Of a DNA stretch of 64,000 nucleotides, positions 54,392-64,000 are shown one piece after another. Each line of letters opens with the position of its first letter. Position 1 is the stretch's first letter. Source of the stretch: Eledone cirrhosa (Eukaryota); the NCBI GenBank assembly GCA_964016885.1, contig OZ024743.1, positions 96,596,001 to 96,660,000 of the forward strand. The letters run 5' to 3'. The notes under the pieces were generated by a model. That model did no database searches, was not told the DNA's origin, and was given only the letters and a program-made list of their open reading frames with translations. The position numbers were made by a program, and so were the translations under genes.

Positions 54392-56439
54392 TCACTTACC
54401 TTGTTCGTGTGGTGAAGGGACAGTAGAACCGTCCCTTTCGCTGGTCATGGGTGTTTCCAAGAGGATGTCAGTGTATATCCTCTTGGTAACCGTCCCTCTG
54501 AAGTCTCCAACTGCGTTGGGGAATTTTTGTTTTAAAGGTTTGTATTGTTCTATTGAGATTTCGATGATGCTTATGTTTGTCGTGAGAGTTCTTGGTGTTG
54601 GTGGGGTGTAGTAGTTTTTTTCCGTGTTGTCTGTGTGCAGCTTTATATATTTTATGAGTTCTTTTTTTGCTATGTTTATGGCTGTGTACTTTTTGGGGGG
54701 AGGGGTGATTTTGTTGCCGTTTCTTCTTGATGCTGTTTGGTGTGTGTGTCTTGTTGTGTTTGCGTTGTTGGTGTTTGTGGTGGTGTTGCTGCAAGTTTCC
54801 TTGCTGCCTTTACCCCTCTTTGTATGCCTTCGCTTTTGGAGGGTGAATCTAAGGGTTTTTTTGTTTTTTGTTTTTTGTGGCAGACTGTTTGCCACGTCAC
54901 TCCTGCCTCAAACTCCATGTCGGATTCTGTGGCATCTGGGAGGGGTATGTGCTCCACGGCTGTTGGTGGTGGTAGTGGAGCCCTCTTCGGCAATGTTGTT
55001 GCTGGTGTAGCTATTTCAAATGTAGCTATTGGTGTTGCCACTACTGATGATGCTGCTTTAGTTATCCGTGGCCTTGGTACGGGTGCTACGGACGTTGCCC
55101 TCCTACTCACCGTGGAAGGGGCTTCTTCGTTTGTTGCCTGTCCTGCTCTTGATAGCAGCGAACCAGGTATTGGAAGGAGAGGGGCCCTCTTCGGTGTCTT
55201 CTGCGGGCAAAAGGCCCTGAGGTGACCTTTCGACCCACAGAGATAACATTTTGGCCGTCTTCCTTCTACACTTATAGGGAGTTGGAGTCCTTCCTCAAAG
55301 TCTATGATATCGGGGATAGCCTCGATACATTCCTGGTCAGTTTGTATAAGCATTTGCATGCCTATACCTGACCAGTTCTCTCTCCCTATTTTTTCTACCT
55401 GCAGCATGGTCGCCCTGTTCTCAATTCCAGCAAGGACAGACACGGCCAGCCAAGGTATGGGCACGTTGGGTGGGACCTGGGTCACTTTGACCCTCACAAT
55501 TTTCTGCCCGCAGTAGGAGGGCACCAAGATTAACTCCTCACTCTTTAGGGTTTCCAAAGAGTGAGACTTTGCTTCCTGGGGGGTGGCGAAAAGTACATCT
55601 ACTGTGGCGTACTTTCTGCCACGGGTGATGTGGGTTTTGCGTGCCCAGACGCACCCCAAGGCCTTTTGGATTTGAGCCTCCATGGCTCTCTCCACTCGAT
55701 GTGAGATTTTGCTTACGGTGCGGTAAGTCACGGTTCGTAGCTGTTGGTCCTTGAAAAAATCGGGTGGAGGTTTCAAGGAAACTCTATTTGCGCTTCTTGT
55801 CACCATGGCCCTTGCGACTGCCATCTCCTCCTCTGTGACTAACACTGTCTCCATATTTCGGGCGACACCTGCAAAAGAAGTGGTCCCCTTTTCAGCAGCA
55901 CCACTATTGCTGCCGCTACTGGTCTTACTGGTGGTGCTGAGGTCGCTATTACAGGTATCGGTGTCATTGTTGTTCTTTTCGCTGGTACAGTTGTTGGTGT
56001 TGTTTTCGTTGATACTGTTGCTGCTGTTACTGTTATTGTGGCTGTTGTTATTATTGTTGTTTTTGTTGATACTGTTCCTACTATTATTGTTGTTATTGTC
56101 ATTGTTATTGTCGTTCTCGACCTTACCGCTGTTATTTTTGTTATTGTCGTTCTCGACCTTACCGCTGTTATTTTTGTTATTGTCGTTCTCGACTTTACCG
56201 CTGTTATTTTTGGTATTGTTGTTGGTGATGTTGTTGGTGTTATTGTTGGTGTTGTTTGTGTTAGAAATATTTCGTAATTTTAAATCTGTAACAATCTTTT
56301 TTTCCTTTGTAATATTTTCGTTTATATTTACCTTCTCTGGACCGCTGTCTTGTTGACATGCTGATAAAGTCTCACTCTCTCTGTGTTGTCTGACAGCGCG
56401 CTCTCTCTTTTTTGTGTTATCCATGTTGAAACTTTTCAA
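54392..56439 (-). CDS. Tx1 ORF1 (Asn-rich N-terminus, CCHC knuckle), one probable frameshift near 54870
   Basis: 587-aa ORF with CYLCGSKGHLRAFC and NNKNNSGKVEND x3. It continues in ORF 54392-54895 to EQGK*. Confidence 0.82.
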
Positions 56440-56640
56440 AAAATATTTTTACACAAATACGAATACGACACCCCGTAAAGGGGTGCCGTATTATTTACTA
56501 GTGAACCCCTGTATTAGGTGGATCACTTCTTCTAAACTTTTATCAAATTTAAAACTTGAATAAAAGGTTTAGAACGGTTGAAAAAGAGGTAAAACGTTGA
56601 AAAAGACTGGAGGCGATAAGAAGCGCGGCTTCACCAACCA

Positions 56641-56847
56641 ATAATAATAATAATAATAATAATTGTTTCTACTTTTTGGCACAAGGCCAGCAATTACACA
56701 GTGCATTACTGGTACTTTATTTTATCGACCCCATAAGGATGAAAGGCAAAGTCAACCTCAGCGAGATTTGAACTCAGATCGAAAAGGGACGTAACTACGC
56801 TGGAAAGCATGTCTGACCCTTTACTGTTACTGCCAATTCACCGCCCT

Positions 56848-56848
<1 letters not shown>
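56641..56848 (-). mobile_element. SINE family A sandwiched between two Tx1 elements
   Basis: A/B boxes, core and (ATT)n tail, with (AAT)n on both sides. Confidence 0.88.
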
Positions 56849-56889
<41 letters not shown>

Positions 56890-59451
56890 TTCTTTATTGG
56901 ACACAAGGGCCAGAACATAAAGGACACTACAAACACAAGGACAATGGGGATTTACATGAAATTGAGTAAAAAAGATATAACAAAAACAATACAATTATAA
57001 CAATAAATTTTCCCCAATAGAGAGGAGTACCACCCAAGGGTGACTCAGAAATTCCACTAATCCTAAACCACCCTACACTCCAAGAACCCCCTATGAGCCA
57101 CCCCTTTCCTCTCTGAACCATCCAACCTACAGGTACATAGTTAGAGTAGGCCCATTCACATGGGACATCCTTGCTACGTCCACCCACCTTTTAACCAATG
57201 GAATGCAAAAAAGGCTTCTAGACACCTGAAGATATCTGGCTGTCCAGCCCCAGCTGGAGCATAGATGGCCGCCAGTCTAAAGGCACCACCTTCACTATTG
57301 TTCACATCCAAGTCCAGGCCGTTCCTAAATAGCACTGCCACCTCCCCTCCCATTCCAGGCCAACTAAAAAATGCAAAGATCTCATAGTCATTAAAAATAG
57401 GGACTGTGCATATGTGTTAGAAATCCTGGTCTTGCTGATGGCAGTCACATCCATATCTAGTGACCTGAGGTTGTTCAGTAAGCAAACTTGCTTCCAGGAG
57501 GAGCCCAGGCCACAAACATTTTTGCATCATCCTACATTTATGACAGCTATGTTGATTGGTTTGTTAAGAGAGAAAAAAGAGGAGGGCTACTTACCCTCTG
57601 GGTGCTATTTGTTGTAGTTGCTGTTGAGGTCCTATTGTTGAGAGCAAAAAGCACTTAAGTTTCCAATTTTTCTGCAAAATTGACAGTGGGCCTTTTGTCC
57701 TGCATAATGGCCCTTAGCTGAAGGCCAACTAGAAGGCAAATTTGTCTGAGATCTTTTCAACCTTCTCTGGTTTGATCTTGGAGAAATATCTCTAGACTGA
57801 TGCCAGGCCAGTTCTTCCTTCAGTTTCTCTTTACACCGTGGAGCATTTCACTTCCCTCTTGGACTATGCAAGCTAGGTTCCACCAGATGTCTATTTCTAG
57901 CAGGACCCTAGCAATGCAGATATTTTGTGTCTTCTTCTCATGTGAGAAGGAAACAAATTAAATTTGTCCTTTTTGCAGAGGACCACAAAGTACTTTTTTG
58001 CAAGGGCCTCGCTAATGAAAAGCACTGATATGCTCCCAAACTGATTGGACCTTGACATGTGCTGGATGTCCAGCATTAAACCATTTAGAGCTGGGATGGT
58101 TAGGCCACCTCTGTCTTTCTGGACTTAAAGCCAATACATCTATAAATCAGAGTTTCTCTTCTCTGTTGCTGCCAACACCACAGGCGGACATTTATGGTGG
58201 TCCAGGTTTTACCAACTTTTGCTGCCTTATCCAAACATTCCACTCTCTTAGTGATGTCCATGTGCAAAAATTCTACAGTTGTTGCAGCTGTTGCTGTGAA
58301 CGTGCATTTGTTACCGTTGTTGTTGCTGTTGTTATTGTTGTCATTGTTTCTGCTGCTGCTGCTGTTATAGTTGTTTGTTTTCTTTGCTGCTGTTGCTGCT
58401 GTTATTATTGTTGTTGCTGTTGTTATTGTTGTTGTCATTGTTTCTGCTGTTGCTGCTGTTTTTATTGTTGTTGCTGTTGTTATTGTTATTTTTGTTGTTG
58501 TTGTTGTCTCTGTTGCTGCTATTGTTGTTGTTGCTGTTTTTGTTGTTGTCTCTGTTGCTGCTGTTGTTGTTGTCTCTGTTGTTGCTGTTTTTGTTGTTGT
58601 CTCTGTTGTTGCTGTTGTTGTTGTCTCTGTTGCTGCTGTTGTTGTTGTCTCTGTTGTTGCTGTTGTTGTTGTTGATGTTGTTGTCTCTGTTGCTTCTGTT
58701 GTTGTCTCTGTTGTTGCTGTTTTTGTTGTTGTCTCTGTTGCTGCTGTTGTTGTCTCTGTTGTTGCTGTTTTTGTTATTGTCTCTGTTGCTGCTGTTGTTG
58801 TTGTTGATGTTGTTGCTGTTTTTGTTGTTGTCTCTGTTGCTCCTGTTGTTGTTGCTATTTTTGTTGTTGTCTCAGTTGTTGCTGTTGTTGTTGTTGAAGT
58901 TGTTGCTGTTTTTGTTGTTGTCTTTGCTGTTGCTGTTGTTGATGTTGTTGCTGTTTTTGTTGTTGTCTCTGTTGCTGTTGTTGATGTTGTTGCTGTTTTT
59001 GTTGTTGTCTCTGTTGCTGCTGTTGTTGTTGTCTCTGTTGCTGCTGTTGTTGTTGTCTCTGTTGCTGCTGTTTTTGTTGTTGTTGTTGTTGTCTCTGTTG
59101 CTGCTGTTCTTGTTGTTGTCTCTGTTGCTGCTGTTGTTGTTGTCTCTGTTGTTGCTGTTGTTGTTGTTGTCTCTGCTGTTGCTGCTGTTGTTGTTGTCTC
59201 CGTTGTTGCTGCTGTTGTTGTTGTCTCTGTTGCTGCTGTTTTTGTTGTCTCTGTTGCTGCTGTGTGGTTGTTGTTGTCTCTGTTGCTGCTGTTGTTGTTG
59301 TCTCTGTTGCTGCTGCTTTTGTTGTCTCTGTTGTTGCTGTTGTTGTTGTTGTCTCTGTTGCTGCTGTTGTTGTTGTCTCTGTTGTTGCTGTTGTTGTTGT
59401 CTCTGTTGTTGCTGTTGTTGTTGTCTCTATTGTTGTTGTCTCTGTTGTTAC

Positions 59452-59493
<42 letters not shown>

Positions 59494-60570
59494 CTCTGTT
59501 GCTGCTGATGTTGTTGTCTTTGTTGTTGCTGTTGTTGTTGTCTCTGTTGTTGCTGTTTTTGTTGTTGTCTCTGTTGCTGCTGTTGTTGTTGTCTCTGTTG
59601 CTGCTGTTGTTGTTGTCTCTGTTGCTGCTGTTGTTGTTGTCTCTGTTGCTGCTGTTGTTGTTGTCTCTGTTGTTGCTGTTTTTGTTGTCTCTGTTGTTGT
59701 TGTCTCTGTTGTTGCTGTTTTTGTTGTTGTCTCTGTTGCTGCTGTTGTTGTTGTCTCTGTTGCTGCTGTTGTTGTTGTCTCTGTTGTTGTTGTTGTCTCT
59801 GTTGTTGTTGTTGTCTCTGTTGTTGCTGTTGTTGTTGTCTCTGTTGTTGTTGTTGTCTCTGTTGTTGTTGTCTCTGTTGCTGCTGTTGTTGTTGTCCCTG
59901 TTGCTGCTGTTGTTGTTGTTGTCTCTGTTGTTGCTGTTTTTGTTGTTGTCTCTGTTGTTGTTGCTGATGTTGTTGTCTCTGTTGTTGTTGTCTCTGATGT
60001 TGCTGTTTTTGTTGTTGTCTCTGTTGCTGCTGTTGTTGTTGTCTCTGTTGCTGCTGCTGCTGTTGTTGTCTCTGTTGTTGCTGTTGTTGTTGTTGTCTCT
60101 GCTGTTGTTGTTGTTGTCTCTGTTGTTGCTGCTGTTGTTGTTGTCTCTGTTGTTGCTGTTGTTGTTGTTGTCTCTGTTGTTGCTGTTTTTGTTGTCTCTG
60201 TTGTTGCTGTTGTTGTTGTTGTCTCTGTTGTTGCTGTTTTTGTTGTTGTCTCTGTTGCTGATGTTGTTGTTGTCTCTGTTGCTGCTGCTGTTGTTGTCTC
60301 TGTAGTACAGGTAGTGGTAACTGGTGGGATTGGTGACCTTTCAGTCATTGTAACGTGGCAGCTACTTGAAAGCAGAAGCGCATGTCTCCTCCATTTTCTT
60401 TTTAATGTTTGCAGGCATGAACAGTAAAAGTATTATGGGGTTGTAAGTGAGAGGGCAATGTATGATGTCTAACAGTTTGTAACAAAATTATAACAATAAA
60501 TCTTATGTAAACCTGTGAAAGTTAATAAAACTTACAGTTTGATGTGCACACACATCTTGATAGACTCAAC
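56849..60570 (-). mobile_element. Second, older Tx1-like LINE with most of ORF2 deleted
   Basis: 3' end similar to 50645-50900. APE start at 57230-57550 parallels 54050-54360. ORF1 remnants (ITKRVE, GKTWTTINV) parallel ISHRVE and GRKYATVDV. The 5' boundary is approximate. Confidence 0.72.
58278..60303. repeat. 2-kb (GTT/GCT/GTCTCT) triplet-based satellite
   Basis: Directly visible. The minus strand reads TETTT(T/A)n. Confidence 0.97.
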
Positions 60571-60577
60571 AGCAAAG

Positions 60578-60752
60578 ATAATAATGGTTTCTTATATAGG
60601 CACAAGGCCAGCAATTTGAAGGAAGGGGAAAATTGATTAAATTGACCCCAATGCATTACTGGTACTTTATTTTATCAACCCTGTAACGATGAAAGGCAAA
60701 GCTAACCTTTGCAGGATTTGAACTCAGACCATAAAGGACCATAACTCTCTAT
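60578..60752 (-). mobile_element. SINE family A (5'-truncated)
   Basis: B-box, core and tail present. Confidence 0.85.
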
Positions 60753-62149
60753 AATACTTTGTTTTTAAAAAGTCCAAGGAAATAAAAAAAAAAAACAACC
60801 TTCTTCCTTCAAAATATCTATAGCAATTCATTTTAATAGAATCACTTATTGAGTATTTTATCTTTACTGATAGTTTAACTATTCAGCAAACATTTTGTAA
60901 TTAGCAGTCTGCCTTCATGAAACATCCATATATCAATAAGAAATGATAAATGTTGTGAAAAGTAATGGAATAATATTTTTGGGTCATGCGTTGAAAAAGC
61001 TTGAAAGTGACTGGGTGAGAGGAGTGATAGAAATGAATGTGGAAGGAAGTTGAGGAAAGAAGACCAAGAAAAACATGACTAAAGATGATGGAAGACTAAA
61101 TAAAAGCTAGGGTATTGGCGATGCTGATAATAATGGCCAAATGGAAATGCTTGTGATGGGACTCATGGGGTTAACTTCTGCTATAGCAGAGAAAATAGCC
61201 TTAAAATGCTGTTTGTTGTATTCATGTTTTGAGAAATACACTTTCCTTTCTTGAAAAATTATTAGGTACATATCAGAACACATGTATAGGAATGGTCAAG
61301 GTTAATAAATCTTGTGTTAATGCTCAAACAATATTTTCAGATCCTAACTTTGCTATTTTCTAGGATGTCCATTTTGTCTATCTGAATAGGCAAGTTTTCA
61401 ATGCTAGCAGATAAGTGGTTGTATATAATTCCAGTTCAACCAATTATAAATGAGATGGTGGATACATTCTTCAGCTGCCATAATTTTCTTAATTCAACAG
61501 CTAAGTCATTGTTATTTGTTAGCTTTTCAGTGCACTTCTGCACAACATTATGATTATTTCATTTTGGTATGTCACTTATTAATAAGACCATTGTCATGGA
61601 AAACAATGTCCATGTATTATGTGCTATTAAATGGTCTCTTTGTATTGTCATTTACAAAGGTAGATGAAAGTTCACATGAATACCACAAAGCTTTTTGTTC
61701 TTTAAAACACTGAAACTTGGTTATCAGTTATATATAAAAGCAGCTTTACTATGTTACTGCACTTCCAAGTATATTTCTAAGGAGTTAATGTTGGACATCT
61801 GATGCAATGTGATGTTTTCTTTCAGAAAATATTTCACAGTTGTAGATAATGCTTTCAATATACTTCACATTAATGGTTTCTCCCTGAATAGTTGTTACTT
61901 CTGCTTCCCAATTTATGCTGGTTAGTTTATCTAGACTCGAGTTCCACTTTTATCTATATCGGGCATTCAGTTTGCAGAAGTATTGGCCATATATAGTCAT
62001 ATCTTTATGGTTGTCCACCAGATGTTTTATATGCATTGTGAACCTTCCAGTATCTATTCCAGATCTTTGCATTCTGAGTTCAAATTCTGCTGAGGTCAGC
62101 TTTGCCTTTCAGGCTACATAAAATTATAATACCAATCAAGTCCTCAGAT

Positions 62150-62164
62150 TACTACTACTACTGA

Positions 62165-62201
<37 letters not shown>

Positions 62202-63600
62202 ACTACTGCTGCTGCTGCTTGTCAGAAGCAATAGTCTCCAATTGATCCAGCTGGATCCACAAGTGAGGCCAGCTGAGCTCATGGATGTTATCCAACCATC
62301 TTACCCAGGGTCTACCCTTAGGTCTCCTACCAGTTGGTTGTGCTTGTAAAATCTGTCCAGCAATTTTTTGTTGAGATATTCTAGCCACATGTCTTTAATA
62401 TCAGAACTGTAATCTCTCAATTCAGAGAAACAGTGGCTCTACCTAAGTGACTCTTTCATCTTTAAACTACACACTCTGTTGAGTTATGTTACTCCAAAAG
62501 TCCTTCAGAGCAACCATATTTCGGTTGATTGTATTCAGAATCATATTTTTGGGGGTCATTACTGAAGATTCATGGCCATAGACAAGAATTTGGATGCAAT
62601 AGCATCCACATATCTGTTCCTTACTTCTTTATCTGCCAGTACTTCCCAATTTATCCTGTAGGTGGACCTGGACATGCTGGCTTGGTGGGCTTCATTGGCT
62701 TTAAGTAGTCTTAGGCTGCAGATAACTAGATGGTGATCAGTTGACAACTCAGCCTTTCTTGTAACATGAACATCCAGAACAGGATCAAAGAGGTCAGAGA
62801 CATTAACAAAATCAATTATTGATCTCTCTTCCTGATCCTCTTATACCACATGTATTTATCAATGTCTTTGTGCTGGAAGTTGTTCATAATAAACACCCAC
62901 TACTAGAAGAGAAGTCTAATAAGGTCTCTCCATTCGCATTTAGATCGGGATTGCTGTTCCTTCCAATCACTCCTTTCCATGTTAGACAGTCACTGCCAAC
63001 TTGTGTATTGAAGTCTCCCATTAAGATTTATGGTTCCCTCTTCATTACATCTCATGGTGCAATGATTTCATCATGGAAGGATCTGCATTCGGGTTCTGAT
63101 TGGTGCATACATTTTCCCCAATCACAGAGACCTATCTTTCAGCCGAAGATTCAAGAGGTGAATCTCCTTGCTTAATAGGATCCAGTCTATAACACATTCT
63201 TACAGCTGGGGACTAGTGAGTAAGCCCACTCTTGCCTGTGCAGTCTTTACTGGCACCACACCTGAATAGTGGAGCTTCTATCTTCCATCCAAATCTACAG
63301 TATCAGAGCCACAGAACTTTGTTGAGGAAACCATGACTATATCCAGCCAGTAGAATTTGGCCTCCTCCACTAATTCCTGCTCATTGCCAATAACGGTTGT
63401 AATTTCCAGTTACCAATTGTCAATATTTTCTCCCTTCTGGACCTTCTTTAGGGTCCCAGGATACATAATCTTTGCACTTCCATCCTATGCCTCCCAGGAA
63501 GGTTACGATCCATCATCAGTTATTGCAGCATTGGATGGAAATTGCAATATATTTTGTGAACAGCCCCTTCTATCTAAGGCCTGAACAGGTCCCATGTTAT
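62150..63600 (-). mobile_element. Degenerate, internally deleted RTE-clade LINE
   Basis: APE remnants (GDFNT, STDHHLV) and C-terminal TGRRPKGRPWVRWLD. (CAG)n/(TAG)n at the 3' end. Confidence 0.7.
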
Positions 63601-63757
63601 CCTACATGAAGGACGATCTGGTATGACTATTTTGGTTGTGTCTAGCCATATCGCAATTTTTTGGTGGTCATATTCATACCAGTCACCAATTTGGTACTTT
63701 TCTCTGACCTGCAAAGACTAGGCTTTTTTAGATACAACCTTTTCTCACCTCATAGTA

Positions 63758-64000
63758 GTGAGAGGTTTGTTGGGATCTAATTGTGTTACCCTTACATTAC
63801 ATGGTTGTGAGAGGTTTGTTGGGATCTAACAGTGGAACCCTTATCACATGGTTGTGAGAGGTTTGTTAGGATCTAACTGTATTACCTTTACATCACATGG
63901 TTGTGAGGGGTTTGTTTGGATCTAACAGTGTTACATCACATGGTTGTGAGAGGTTTGTTGGGATCTAACCCTTACATCACGTGGTTGTGAGAGGTTTGTT
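63758..64000. repeat. 41-49-bp minisatellite, at least 5 copies, runs off the window
   Basis: Constant CACATGGTTGTGAGAGGTTTGTTGGGATCTAA plus a short variable segment. Confidence 0.92.

Larger units (their letters stand above)
50645..56640 (-). mobile_element. Full-length Tx1/L1-clade LINE (ORF2 frameshifted)
   Basis: ORF1 with CCHC knuckle. ORF2 pieces: APE (GSINAHGL, SET, VYAP, GDWN, YLDR, GYWKLN), RT (KSPGLDG, FRPITLLN, DQSKAFDRV, YADD) and C-terminal CPRC..ETVVHALVQC. AATAAA + (ATT)n tail. Confidence 0.94.

Noticed and set aside
58371-60427. Poly-Val/Leu/Cys plus-strand ORFs and a mucin-like host gene
   Set aside because: Open frames come from triplet periodicity. There is no signal peptide or splice context, and the tract is embedded in a Tx1 relic.
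63758-64000. Constant ~32-bp repeat with variable spacers
   Set aside because: The spacers are only about 9-17 nt and are deletion variants of one another, so this is a degenerate minisatellite.

Overview
AT-rich, repeat-saturated animal genomic DNA. The repeat families and (TA)n density suggest an octopus/cephalopod, which is an inference. The only host-gene sequence I can support is one 97-nt coding exon (42969-43065, +) of an R7-family RGS gene (RGS7/RGS6/EGL-10-like DEP domain), so the window is probably two very large introns. It holds a near-full-length RTE LINE with an internal PHD-like finger, a Ty3/Gypsy relic with its 3' LTR, two Tx1/L1-clade LINEs, a 5'-truncated Penelope-like (RT + GIY-YIG) ORF, many tRNA-SINEs, two TTAA (piggyBac-type) MITE families, Helitron-like elements and minisatellites. 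Three signals stand out. (1) A 483-bp tandem non-coding unit carries an intact type I hammerhead ribozyme per copy, i.e. a candidate retrozyme/circRNA, inserted with twin-priming geometry. (2) At least seven hammerhead sequence types sit in or beside (TA)n tracts, mostly in fold-back insertions. (3) A SINE-Tx1-SINE-Tx1 head-to-tail chain shares a 3' end and (ATT)n tails between SINE and LINE. Coordinates were read by eye and may be off by a few bases. No database search was run.
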